Made by a program: the position numbers and the translations under genes. DNA of 62,371 nucleotides, counting the filler, from Basidiobolus ranarum (lineage: Eukaryota), in NCBI GenBank assembly GCA_040143965.1. It is 26 parts of 26 records of this genome, joined end to end, with 100 filler letters (N's around TTAATTAATTAA, not from the genome) between each part and the next. Parts side by side here need not be neighbours in the genome. Positions count along the whole stretch, not along the records: positions 1 to 2,316 come from JASJQH010003485.1; positions 2,417 to 4,731 come from JASJQH010003486.1; positions 4,832 to 7,145 come from JASJQH010003487.1; positions 7,246 to 9,558 come from JASJQH010003488.1; positions 9,659 to 11,969 come from JASJQH010003489.1; 21 more parts are not named here. One strand, given 5' to 3'. The notes below the pieces were generated by a model, which was not told where the DNA came from, made no database searches, and saw nothing but the letters and a program-made list of their open reading frames with translations. Position 1 is the stretch's first letter; the number at the start of each line of letters is the position of its first letter. Of the stretch, positions 1-11,969 are shown one piece after another.

Positions 1-297
1 TTTTTCATTGGCAGAGATAATATGCTGATTTCCAGAAGCTGATTCCAAATTATCAATATCCTCAGAGTAATTATCAGGTTTTCTGGTATAAATTGGTGCA
101 TTTCCAGTGCTACCCAATGTTTCACTACTCATATAGCTGCTTGATTCCAGAATATCATATACTTGTTATATAGATATAGAAATATTCCTATTTAGAATAT
201 AGGGGCTATAGCTATGTTGCTTTCTGCTTCTGATATATGTATCATTACCAAAGTTAACTATGATGTTGAATAAAGATTAGTTATCCAACACCTCTGA

Positions 298-2275
298 TTA
301 TCCAAACCACCTCCAATATGCTCCCAAATACTTTAACAGGTTATGAGCCCCAACCTTGCACTCTCTCTAATGTTTACTTCTGAAATTATCAAACATTTCC
401 CTTGTCTGAAAAATTAGATTAAACCAATTATCAAGTTTGGAAAATTAAAATGAAGATACTGCAGCAAGAAAAAGGACTTTGGGACACTGTTCTACAAGAA
501 GAAAACAATGCAAAACTATCTTAAACCAAAGTGTTACTCCAGCTTAAAAAAGAACAAAGTGCTTTTAACTCAATTTGTCTTCATGTTAAAGACAAATTGC
601 TAATTCATTATTCCAGAGTTAAAACTGCCAACAAGGTATGGAAAGCCTTGTTAGACCCCTACCAAACAAGTTCTGCTGCCAACAGGTTGTTTCTAAGAAG
701 ATAATTCTTCAACTTAAAGAAGAAGTCAGGATAAGAAATTAAATCACTAATAAATAGAGTCACTATTTAAGTAGATGACATGGAATGCACTATATTACCT
801 GCCACTGATCAGGATAACATAGGTACAGTCCTGAATAGCCTACCACACAGGTTTCAGAACCTAGTAATGGCTGTAGAATTAAGAACTGACATTTTGACCT
901 TAAATTATATATTTGGAAGACTTCTGGATGAAGATTCACACAAATTAGGATCCAACCAAATGATGAAGAAAATGCTTCAGTAGGCTTTGGGAAACCTTCC
1001 TATAAAGGTAAAAGTACTTGAAGAGGAAAAGTAACACATTATGTCATCACTGCAAAAGAACTGACCCTTTAAGCAAGGATTGCTTTAAAAGAATTGCTAA
1101 AGAAAGAATCATACTGAATCTTGAAATATAGTTACTACAGAAGATCACCTGTACATATCTGCTCTATCCATGACTACCAACAAGAACTATTGGATGTGGT
1201 ATAATGATCTGGAGCCTCCCAACAGTTCACAGATGAAAAACATTGGTTTGTGGATTATGAAGAAATCCCAATTAGAAAGGTATTCTTGGGAGATGACTGC
1301 ACATTGGATGACTTTGGATTGGGAACAATTCAAGTTAATTTAACTGGAGCTTCTGAAGAGAAAGTGTATACCTTTAAGGATGTGCTACATGTTCCCTATA
1401 TTCCCAAGAAATTAATATCTATATACAAAGCAATCTCAGAAGGGCTAAAATTCGAATTTGATAAGTAAGGATGCACCTTCACTGATCAATATGGGATTTA
1501 TTTAGCTTTGAGAGAAAAGGATCAGAACTTATACAAACTGACATATAATCCAACAGGTTTGTGCGTAAATATATGTTATTCCAATCTAGAAACTATTCAA
1601 TTATGGCATAAGAGATCTGGCCATATTGGATTTGACTACTTGAGCAAAATGATCAAAAATTGCCCGATTTATGGAATTCAAATTAACCCCCAACCAAAAT
1701 GGAAATTTGTGAGAATTGTATATTTGGAAAACAAGCCAGGCAACCACTCAAGAGCCCTTGTTTAATCAAAACTGTCAAAAAATGGAATCTAATTCATTCA
1801 GATTTGTGGGGACCTGTGCAAAATTTATTTTCAGGCAGAAAAGATATTTAATCACATTGATTGATGATTATACAAGATATGCTTGGGCCTACTTCAAGGA
1901 AAGAAAAGAAGAAGCACTCTCTATCTTTAGAGACTTCAGAACACTTGTGGAGACTGAAACTGGAACTAAAAAAAAGAAAATATGTACTGATATTGGTAGA
2001 GAATATACCTCAACACCATTCTAGACTTGTGCAAAGTTCATGGAATTAAGCAAGAAGCTGCAGCCCACTAATCACCTCAGCAAAATTAAGTTGTTGAGAG
2101 AGCTAATGGGACTATAGCAGAAATGGCAAGATCTAAGAGAAATGCACAAAATTTAGCTTACAACTTTTGGGAGAAATTTGTTGCTATAGTTGTATATCTG
2201 AAGAATACAAGTTTTAATAGAAGTCTGTCTAACTCTACACCACATCAAGCTTGATTTGGAGTTAAACCTGATGTA
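298..2275 (+). mobile_element. Degenerate Ty1/copia retrotransposon (LTR family A): LTR 3' end, PBS, gag, protease, GAG-pre-integrase, integrase core
   Basis: LTR end ...CTTTAACA at 338, then PBS GGTTATGAGCCCC at 339-351. Fragments include VLNSLP (gag), VLHVP (protease region), LWHKRSGH (pre-integrase) and LIDDYTRY...TDIGREY (integrase DDE). Many stops and frameshifts. Confidence 0.92.
339..351 (+). promoter_or_regulatory. Copia primer-binding site complementary to the anticodon arm of initiator tRNA-Met (half-tRNA priming type)
   Basis: GGTTATGAGCCCC lies directly after the LTR-terminal CA. It recurs at 22023-22035(-), 39213-39225(+), 40648-40660(+) and 60343-60355(-), with degenerate versions at about 5529, 23436, 41297 and 57027. 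Confidence 0.85.
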
Positions 2276-2316
2276 TGTTGAAATTAGCATTGCCTAAACA
2301 CCTATATAGTCATATA
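2276..2316 (+). repeat. Start of a family A LTR nested in the integrase region
   Basis: TGTTGAAATTAGCATTGCCTAA matches the 5' ends of family A LTRs at 55052(+), 5887(-), 22369(-) and 60703(-). Confidence 0.8.
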
Positions 2317-2416
2317 NNNNNNNNNNNNNNNNNNNNNNNNNNNNNNNNNNNNNNNNNNNNTTAATTAATTAANNNNNNNNNNNNNNNNNNNNNNNNNNNN
2401 NNNNNNNNNNNNNNNN
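2317..2416. other. Artificial contig spacer (first of 25 identical spacers)
   Basis: 44 N + TTAATTAATTAA (stops in all six frames) + 44 N. The others start at 4732, 7146, 9559, 11970, 14380, 16789, 19196, 21602, 24005, 26408, 28809, 31210, 33610, 36010, 38409, 40808, 43206, 45603, 48000, 50397, 52793, 55188, 57583 and 59978. Contig lengths never increase, going from 2316 to 2294 bp. Confidence 0.99.
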
Positions 2417-3960
2417 ATAACTCAAATTTTACATATTTACCACTTGAATGTTGATCTGTCACTTTCAAAATCCCTTGTTTGTTTGATATATTCTCCTGAA
2501 TGTTATTATAAAGTTTGTCATACCCAAGATTTAGCTCATATCCAGCACAAGTTTGTATCAATATCTCCATCAAAGCCCACCACTGTATTAATGTTGCTGA
2601 ATCAACATTCTTCTAGCTATCTGGTGAATAACCAGAAATATTATGCCACTCTGTATTAAGTTCTTCCCAGATATCTGAATAGTCAATACCAGACTGAATA
2701 TCAAGTTGAATGGTCTTCTTTTGAAGCCACTTTTGGCATACTTGCCCTGCATATTTCTCTTCATACTTATGAAAATACTCTTCAGGCACTTATACTATTT
2801 TTATATGTCCTTGTAGTGTGACACTACACAGTGTGCTTTGCAGTGTTTGGGTGGCTTTTTGCTTGCCTTTAAGTTTGAGGCTAATTTCAACACTCTGAGA
2901 TGTTCCAGTTGAGATTGGAGAGCCATGAGTTTTATTTGCTGGTATTTTAGCTTGTTGAAAGGTGCCAGGTGTTGGATGAACTTCCAACATTTGCACTCTT
3001 CCAATTGGTATACTTAGTTGCATGGTAAAATTAAGCCTTTTTGCCAGTATATCTGCTAGTATATCTGACTCTAGAAATACAGATCTTTGTAAAGGTGTGA
3101 AGAATTTGGTCAGTGGGATAGTAGAGCCTAAACTCACTGGCTCCTTTGCTTTTCCCTTGGGTTTACTAACTTCCTGCTCCTTGAGTACATCATTAGCTGC
3201 TTGTCTTTCTTTTCCAAGTTGATAGTTGTGTATATTTTTGAGATGTTTCATGAATAGGCCTATACTAGCCCAATTGCCATTTGCTTGCAAAAACCCAGGA
3301 TATGCCACATGAAATAAATCAAGAATCTTCTGAGTAATGCCTGGTCTTTGGTTTTTCCATAATTGACTCAAATCAAGGTGATTTTGGGCAATATTCTGCC
3401 CTGTTTACAAAATGTTAAATTATTCATCATCAGATCAAGTGACATCAGCTCTGACATTCAAAGTCTTTTGTTTGCTGGTTTACCTATGAGATTTCTACTT
3501 TCATGTGCCTAAGCAATTTTGGGCTATTGTGTAGGCTTAATAGTTCAACACATATTCAGCTCTGCTGGATTGTCATGGTGATGTTCATATGTATGGTGTG
3601 GGATAGATTGAAAACCTGTATGAGAATGGACAAAGGGAGCAGCATATTGCTGTAACTCAAGTACAGCATTCTGAAGATCTTGTATCATAGTGGAGTGACT
3701 CTCTAACTATTGACTAGTTGCTTCAGAATGCTGCTTTAATTACAATATTGCTGCATTATTGCTTGTCATGGCCTGTATACCAACTTTGCAGTTTTTACTT
3801 ATGATTGCATACATATCATTATGGTATTCTGCCTGAGACTCCCATGTTATAATAATTATATTCAAATTGTCTATGGAGTGAAGTTCAATGGTTGGCAAAG
3901 TAGGCATTTCAGAAGTTGATGATCTTGATGATATTTCTGTTGAACTTTGCTCAACTATTA
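2417..3960 (-). mobile_element. CMC/EnSpm transposon fragment: degenerate second ORF (ORF X)
   Basis: ORF 2790..3371 (LWKNQRPGITQK...NGNWASIGLFMKHLKN) and its flanks match copies at 16889, 19296, 30890, 34065, 41675 and 62080. Several of those copies run into the ...TTTCTGTTAGGG terminus. Confidence 0.8.
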
Positions 3961-3999
3961 ATAAATAATATATTTCAGGCAATGCTAGTTTCAACAAAA

Positions 4000-4255
4000 T
4001 ACATACATTCTGGATCAAAATTTGATCTGATGGGATATTCAGATGCAAATTAGGGAAGAGATATTGAAGACAGGAGATCTACAACAGGATACTTATTCCT
4101 TTGCTGCAAAGGAGCTATTTCTTGGAATTCAAAGAAATAACCTACCATAGCACTTCCAACAACAGAAGCTGAATACATGGCTGCCTGTGAAGCAACAAAA
4201 GAAGCAATATGGTTAAGAAAACTCTTAACAGATTTGAGTTATTCTCAAAATTAAC
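4000..4255 (+). mobile_element. Copia RNase H fragment
   Basis: Translates as GYSDAN*GRDIEDRRSTTGY...ISWNSKK*PTIALPTTEAEYMAACEATKEAIWLRKLL. Confidence 0.9.
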
Positions 4256-5109
4256 ATAGCTTGATTAAGAAAACTACTCAACTTCTTAAGACCCATGGAT
4301 TAATTTGCTACTATTTCACAAGAAAATATCTAGCATGTTGTAGTAGGAAAAAATTACTGGATATGCAAAGAGCATGTAAGTAAGTTTGAATCACAATATT
4401 ATAAGAGAACCAATTGCTAATAGATATGTCTAGATAGCTAGCTATCTAAATGCACAAATATTGATTAAAATTTATACGAACCATTAAACAGCAATATATT
4501 CGAAATACCCTGCTACCTTACTCATTAGTCGCCCAAGTCCTTACTTTGATGAGGTCTTAACGATTCTCACAATATTCATCATATCAGCTGAACTCATCGA
4601 TTTGGCATTCAATGTGCTACAACTGAACATTCAAACCAATAACCCCTTAATGGCGGGCCCTGCATAACGAACATCCTCGTCACCTGTTGCTCTCCGCCGC
4701 ATCTGTAGCAAGTGTGGGAGAGACCATCCTCNNNNNNNNNNNNNNNNNNNNNNNNNNNNNNNNNNNNNNNNNNNNTTAATTAATTAANNNNNNNNNNNNN
4801 NNNNNNNNNNNNNNNNNNNNNNNNNNNNNNNCTTACATGGCCAGGTCTTTTTCAGTAATTGCAAGATATGTGATATCTCTTCTTGAAGTGCTTTGACCTT
4901 TATGAGATGGTTTCCCATAGCCTATTCAAGCATGATCCTAATATGCATAAATCTCATCCAGAAGTATGTCAAACAAATATTCTAAGGTCAAATTTTCAGT
5001 TCTGGATTCTAGAGCCATTACTAGGCTCTGAGACTTTTTGGCAGGCTACTCAGGACTGCAACTATGAAACTTGATCAGTAGTAGGAACTCCAATGCATAT
5101 TGCTTCATC

Positions 5110-5887
5110 CATTAATACAGTATTGCTACTAGTAGTGATTTAAAGTCTTCTCCTGGCTATATTTTTAAGATAAAGAATTGTCTTGTTAGAAACTTCTTCT
5201 TGATGGCAAAACATTTTTGGAGCTGTCTTCCAAGGCTTTCCATTCCTTCTTAGCAGTTTTAGCTCTTGAACATTGAATTAGCAATTTGTCTTTAACATTA
5301 AGTCAATTGGTGTTGTAGGCACTATGTTCTTTTTTAACCCAGAGTAAAACTTTGGTTTCATATATTTTGCATTGTTTTCTTCTCCTATAACAGTGTCCCA
5401 GAGTCATTTTTCTTGCAGCAGCATTTTCATTTTAATTTTTAAACTTGATAATTGGTTCCATCCAATTTGTCAGAAGAGGGAAAAATTCCATAAATTTGAG
5501 AAGCTGACTTTACAGAGAGTGTAAGCTTGGGTCTCATAACCTATAAAAGTATTTGAGAGCCTGTTGGAAGTGGTTTGGAGAAATAGCAAATTTGGTGGCT
5601 TTCTCTTATTAATTTATTGAGTAAAAGTTGATGTATATAGTTTGTCAAGGTATAAGCATACAACAGTGTAGAATGTGTTAAGGAAGGTCCTTGGAACAAG
5701 TGTGCAAAGTCTGGGACTTCTAGTATATGTATGGAAAATCTACATATCTGAGTACTTCTAAGTTATTAAAAATATTTCAAGTAATATTTGATTGAAAATA
5801 ATGGGTAATATCTTAGTGAATTATCATATAGCTTAGTACTAAGCTATACATGACTATATAAGTGCTTCATCAAAGCTAATTTCAACA
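5110..5887 (-). mobile_element. Copia family A: 5' LTR (5542-5887), PBS and gag start
   Basis: Reverse complement matches 298-720. The LTR of about 346 bp begins TGTTGAAATT. Confidence 0.85.
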
Positions 5888-6129
5888 GCAACATCCTCTA
5901 AATTCTCCTTTACCAAGGCCAAAATTGTAATACTAATGAACTGACTTTGCATGTAAGTACACCAATGCTGTGAATGGTTCATTTACATTCTTTGCATATC
6001 ATATCAGAGTGGCTGAAAGCAAGACTGCTACTTATATATATAAATCAGTAGAAAGGCAGTGATCAAGAAGTCGCACTATCTGCTTGAAATCTATCTGCCA
6101 TGAGCTTGTTGTATTTGACTTGGCTTTAA

Positions 6130-7030
6130 CTTATTAACAATGTATCAGCAAAATCAGTGATGGATGTAATGCAATGGGTTAAGGAGACTCCAGAGTATAT
6201 TAGCCTGCAAACAAAGGGCTCTCTTCACTGTGCTCATGGGTTTTTGCATTGTTTGAGCATAATAACAGCAACAAAGCCCAATCCATGGACACAAAGTAAG
6301 TACCTCTATAATTGGACTAATTTGCTTGTGTGATAATCTGATGGTATTTTTAGGAAAGCTTCAAGACTGACTTCTTGGTGAGATAGATGGAGATACATAG
6401 TATTTTTGTTTTAGCCATGAGGTAATCTATTCAAGCAATGACACATCTACTTGTGGCAGGACATTTGTTGACTGCAAGTTGGGGATATATTGGCTGAATT
6501 CTTCACAGAAATTTGCCAAAATCCAAGAGCTTATTCTCATTGCAAATGGTAACAAGAGTCAGCTATTTGCCAATTGTCAGTGCTATTCAAAATTTCAGAT
6601 GTTTAGCAATTTTTCCACCATTAGTTTGCTGGTAAAGCATATTGATGTTGTTGAGTTAAGTCTAATCAATCAAGTATGTGCTTATGTAGAGACTTGACAC
6701 AATGAAATTCTTGTTTTTTTTGATTCTCGTTATGGCTGATATACAAAGCCTAAAATATCTAAATAAAGGCATGCATATTAATTCAAATTCCTACAGCAGT
6801 AAACCCAGTAATTTGCCATTCAAAAATTATATTTTTGCAAAAATTGCAGAATATTGAATAATGCATGCCAAATTTGAGGATCAATTTTGTAACATATATG
6901 AATACCATTAAAATACAATCAAGAAACCGCCATCACACCATCAAAATCCCTGGTAGAATGCAAGCCACTGATATTGTGATGGTTCTCTGATGGTTTTGCT
7001 ATTTTTGAGGGTGGATCCAATCTGGATCAG
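6130..7030 (+). mobile_element. CMC/EnSpm transposase C-terminal region and right subterminal sequence
   Basis: Colinear with 32440-33609. Lacks the LTR insertion seen at 33093 (empty site GCAGTAAACCCAG at about 6796). Confidence 0.85.
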
Positions 7031-7739
7031 TACTCTGCTCAATCCTAGCTATCTTAGATCAACATCATAGCTATAAGTGATGGATGAAAGTTTACTTTAT
7101 TATTAATACAGATCTCAACACACCCTATGATCATGAGAACATCATNNNNNNNNNNNNNNNNNNNNNNNNNNNNNNNNNNNNNNNNNNNNTTAATTAATTA
7201 ANNNNNNNNNNNNNNNNNNNNNNNNNNNNNNNNNNNNNNNNNNNNAATTTTGGAAGTGGTGGTTTCCTGTACGAGAGTAGGGTATGAATCAGAAAGAATC
7301 TGTTATGACATGATACATAACTACCATATATATCTATGATGTTAGACTTTATTGGTGTCAATAAGAATTAGGGATCTTTTTGTATTATTTGTTAAAATGT
7401 CAAAGTTAATTTCCTATAGTGTGATCAAGCATAATGTGTTCCACTTTGAGCCATTTCAACATATATGCTAAATAAATTGATTTGGATTGAACTAATTAAC
7501 TTTGCTGATGCAGTTTATTATGTAATTTCCATGCAGTTACACATAATTGAAACAACTAGGATAATAAATGCAAGCAGAAATTTTATTATACAGAATGTAG
7601 GGAATTTGACCATGATAATTAAAATTCTTAGATAAATAACTTGCACATGCCAGATTGATCAGTATCATGTCAGCTCAATACAAGATTAATATCATGCTCT
7701 CCATCTACTCTAAATGGTCATTGCTCATTATTCCAAAAG

Positions 7740-8320
7740 CAACTACTGGCTTTCCTATCACCACCCTATAAGCTATATTTGAGAAATACTGTGGCTTGTA
7801 TACTCCAATACCTACCAGAAAGCAGCTAGTCAATTTGTTTTGTTACTACAAAAACTATTGTCAATCAGATTTCAGTGCACTATTAATAGTAGCAAAAGTG
7901 GGACAAGCTTCCACACCAGGCTTCAAGTAAGTGAGAATCATCTAGCTTCAGTGATGAATGATGTTGAAGGTGCCTGCAACAAAAGACTTAGAGACTCTAA
8001 TTTCCTTCCATTTCCTGGTGTATTTCCCAATAGAGTTGATATCGGAAATATTGTTGACACATTTCCAGTTGGAATTAACAGGCCCAAAAGCAACCATTTG
8101 TAAGATATGGGAAGACTATGGCTGATTTGGTATCTGTTGGGGAAGAATGCAGAAGGCTAGGATGTGTCACTGCTAACAAGAGGCCCTGAGGAGGGATACT
8201 CACAGAGAGACAAAAGTTTTATAATGACATTTTTTCCCATTTTAGAGCAGGGGTAGAACATAGCTTTGGTTTCCTAAAGAGATATAGCATTGTAGCAGGA
8301 AAGTATACAGGAAAATCACT
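7740..8320 (+). mobile_element. PIF/Harbinger- or ISL2EU-like (DDE_Tnp_4) transposase remnant
   Basis: Fragments IVDTFPVGINRPK, MADLVSVG (ADxGY-like) and QKFYN...FRAGVEHSFGFLKRYSIV match the RxxVEHxFGxLK motif. Frameshifted. Confidence 0.7.
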
Positions 8321-8344
8321 TTGTGGGCCTTAATCAAAGTTAGG

Positions 8345-8619
8345 CAAAGTAGTCAAAATCTTGATTAATTCTCAATACATTCATACTGAAAGATATTGAT
8401 CGAGAGCTCTAGACTTAAGACACTATTAATAAAGCTTTTATCATCTTTTAAATTTGCAATAATGTTCAAAAGTACTTTTCTTAAATATACCACATAAGTA
8501 AAATAAACTGTTTCCAAAATGGTAAATAACATTGTGCCGGATAGTGCCCAATCATGCCAGTTTGTGCTGGCACACTTTTTAGCTGGCCTAATCTGGCTCA
8601 ATAAAGTGGAACAAGTCTA
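8345..8619 (-). mobile_element. End of a young TIR DNA element, terminus (TA)GACTTGTTCCA
   Basis: Near-identical to 52634-52792(+). A different sequence ending in the complementary TGGAACAAGTC(TA) occurs at 40908-41022. The inner boundary is approximate. Confidence 0.65.
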
Positions 8620-9558
8620 TTTCAAGGATAGATCCACAGTACCTTTGAAATATCTGAAAATCCCCTTAACCACTATAATTTGATCAGATCCATACTTTTG
8701 AAGTTATTGGCACATAACTCCCACAGAATTTGCAATAACTGGCCATTTCCCAAACATGATATATATAAAACTACCAACCATAGAGTGCTGAGGAATTTTC
8801 TGGCTTTGATATGAATACAAAAACATCTGATTTGAGCCATTTTTGGTCAAGTTAAGATTGTCTCCATTGTGGTATGGATTACATTATTCAATTTTAAACA
8901 TCTTTTGTATATCTAGGATATATTTAGACTGGCTTAAATTTATTGTCTTGGTAGTTCTATCTATCTTAATTTGGATTGCAAGACGGTACATCAGTTCACC
9001 AATATCAGTCATTTAAAATTTGGCACATAATCTGGATTTAGTTTTCTCCAAAGTCTTCAAATCATTGGTTGCTACAATAAGGTCATCCAAATATAAGGCT
9101 AATAAAACTGGGTTTGTCTTATCTGACTGCAGTAGACACTGTAGTCAGCATTAATCTTTGGGAACTTGAGTGTTTCCAAAAAGGCATCTTAATTGCTATT
9201 CCAAGCTCTTGGAGATTGTTTTAAGCCATAGAGTGATTTCAGGAGTCTGCAAACTTTCTTAGGGCTTACAGGGTCCACAAATCTGTCTGGCTGGTCTATA
9301 TAGATCTCCTCAGCAAGCTCATTATTCAAAAAAGCAGCTTTAACCTCCGTTTGATGTATTAAAACTGATATTTAGCTGAGACTGCTAAAATCAATCTAAT
9401 TGAATTAAACATTGTTACAGGAGCAAAGGTTTCTGTGTAATCTATTCCTAGTGTTTGGGAATATTGTTTAGCTACTAGTTTAGCCTTTTACCTTTCTATA
9501 TTGCCATCAGAGTTGTATTTAACTTTAAACACCCATTGGCAGCCAATTGATTTCTATC
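8620..9558 (-). mobile_element. Copia reverse transcriptase, degenerate
   Basis: WVFKVKY, HQTEVKAAFLN, KSLYGLKQSPRAW, ALYLDDLIV and IFRYFKGT motifs on the minus strand. Confidence 0.93.
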
Positions 9559-9658
9559 NNNNNNNNNNNNNNNNNNNNNNNNNNNNNNNNNNNNNNNNNN
9601 NNTTAATTAATTAANNNNNNNNNNNNNNNNNNNNNNNNNNNNNNNNNNNNNNNNNNNN

Positions 9659-11969
9659 GGAAGATCCGAGGATGCCTCGGGGCTACCGGTGGGATTCACC
9701 AATAACTCCACCCTCAGAGCCTCCATTTGCTTAAGCATCATTCTTAATTGATGCTTTGACATAATAGTATTTCTACAAGCGGCACGGAGCATCAGCTGAT
9801 TTCCTTGTGGTTCCATTTCTACACTAACAGAGAACTTGGGGAAGGTTAGTGACCGCTTTAATATAACTACATAGAAATTCCCATTCAAAAAACTTACTTC
9901 AATTTCTGCTTTGCCATCTACAATGTCCCAAAGTAAATCATTATCAGTATCTGAGGAATCTGCACCTTTTTGGAACAAGAATAATGTGTCAAATAATCTT
10001 TGACCATTGGTTGATTTGATTGCTTGCTTCAAAATTGCTCTCAAAGGAGTATGTTGATATTTGATACTTTCAACATTCATTTCGTGTATTCCGAGCGCGA
10101 GGTCAGCATTGGTTTGATATTCATTGACGTTAATTCTACAAGGTATCGTGTTAAACGAAGGTCCCATTATTGCTTCTGCATTCTCCACTGGGACTGTTCT
10201 ACCGGAAACGACTCTACCGAAAGTAACATCAGGCTCACCGAGGTAACAAGCAAGTAATTTACCCCAGGAGGCTTGACCCACCGCTTGCATCGTGATATTC
10301 ATCGATTGGCATATGGTTTCGACTTCTTCGACTGTCATGCTGCATGAAACCTCATCCATATTAACATCTATAACTTGTACATCGTCTGCTAATTCCGTTG
10401 GAGATGGGAAAGTGGATACGACGCAATTATCCAGTAATTGAGCCCAGTAATTGTTCGCTTCATCCTCCGGACGTGAAACAATGTATTCCACCATTGCCCT
10501 GTAAGGAGGTCTGTCGGGAAGTGGTTGTTCATAGTAGCTTAAATGAACATCCTGTAAAATCAAGGGAAGACTCCAACCATCATATAGAGCATGATGCAAA
10601 GACATAATAAGAAGTGTCTGATCGGCTTTCTTGATAACGCTGAAGGATATCGGGGGACGTTGCATATTCTTTGTTTGTTCCACTGCAGCTTCAATATGTT
10701 CTTCTACAATCAAATTTATGTCGCAGTTCTCGTCAACATCTAACTCAGACCAAGGCATCCAGACATCGCGATTTACTACTTGTAAGTAGCTGAATGACGA
10801 GTCAGTAGAGGGATAAAAGCTGGTTCTGAGGATATCGTTTTTCTGAATTAAAGAATTCCAAGCTTCCTTTAAAGTGCTGACGTCTACAAAAGGCTTGAGA
10901 GCAAAAGTAGTGTGGTTGAAATAAAGTTTTCCATTGGACTGGAGAGTGTGGGTTATCATTCCTTCCTGCATTGGTGTGCAAGGATACACGGCTACAATAC
11001 TTTCTTCTGGAATGTTGAGACCCTGTGTGATGGACAATTTAGAACGGTCCTCTAAGTGTCTAATCATCTCCTTGGCTTTCTCGATTTGTTCCTCCTCATC
11101 AATTTGCTCTAGGTCAGAGGTTTCTTCAAGGCGATCAAACATACGAGCAATAGTAGGGTGCTTCATAATGTCGGATACAGATAAGATAATCCCCTCCTCT
11201 TTAAGTTTGGCTGACAGCTTGATAGCACTGATAGAATCAAGACCAAGTTGGAATATTGAAGAATGACGACCAATTTCTTTTACGGGAACTTGTGCTACGG
11301 AGGAAATAGCCTGGCAAATCAGTTGCTCACCCTTCGACCAAAGCTCATAATCCTCCTGGGCAAGATTCTCACTCAAAAAGAAAGATTCATCGAGACTTTG
11401 ATATTTCTGAGTGAGTAATTTACGATTGATCTTGCCCGTAGTTCCAAGCGGCATTTTGTTTACCAAACATATATGACTAGGCACCATATACATAGGTAGT
11501 TTGCGTGATGCTGCTTCTAAAGCTACTTTGATTACAATCTGGGATTCTTCACTGACCGCAGAACCGGCAACAAGGGCAATATCATCCGAATCTTGCTCCA
11601 CAAGGCGAGAGGCCATAAACCCTACAAGCTGAGCTCTTTGTTGTTGTGGGTGCTTTATCACAAGTGTCACAACATCATCAATAGCTTCATGTGCTTTAAG
11701 AAGTACGTGGTTGATCTCTTCAAGTTCAATACGGAGTCCATTAAGCTTCACTTGATCATCCATTCTTCCGACAAAATCAATGGTTCCGTCATGTAGGATT
11801 CTAACAAGATCACCTGTTCTATAGATTCTCTCCAACCCATTCGATGTTCGAATGCTGATAAACTTCTCGGCAGTCAAATCAGGTCGATTGAGGTATCCTC
11901 TTGCAACATGTCGCCCACCTATACAAAGCTCCCCAATCCCACCCAAAGGCACTGATTGGAAAGTAGGAG
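9659..11969 (-). CDS. Nonribosomal peptide synthetase, ferrichrome/ferricrocin siderophore type (SidC/NPS2-like); internal fragment with end of A domain, T domain and C domain
   Basis: Uninterrupted frame. A-domain motifs GELCIGG..VARGYLNRPDLT, YRTGDL and GRMDDQVKLNGLRIELEEI; T domain IFQLGLDSISAI; C domain HHALYDGWS. Truncated by both contig ends. One probable intron at 9835-9897. The siderophore subtype is inferred from motif style. Confidence 0.93.
9835..9897 (-). other. 63-nt spliceosomal intron in the NRPS (in frame, no stop codon)
   Basis: Minus strand reads GAA|GTAAGT...CACTAAC...CCAAG|TTC. The ORF track reads through it as VSFLNGNFYVVILKRSLTFPK. Confidence 0.85.

Noticed and set aside
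2361-2372. Regularly spaced TTAATTAATTAA palindrome as a biological repeat or CRISPR-like array
   Set aside because: It is always centred in 88 Ns; it is a synthetic six-frame stop linker.
4500-4731. GWSLP-containing minus-strand frame as an NRPS condensation fragment
   Set aside because: Only five residues match, the upstream HHxxxD is cut off, and the frame closes after about 30 codons.
8365-8601. Conserved small protein (near-identical ORF at 52650..52844)
   Set aside because: The similarity is explained by a young repeat end. It has a non-ATG start and no coding features.
1-9558. Classical Neurospora-type RIP (CpA to TpA)
   Set aside because: The visible copy-to-copy changes are mainly CG to TG or CA, and CA/TG dinucleotides remain abundant. 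A formal count is still needed.
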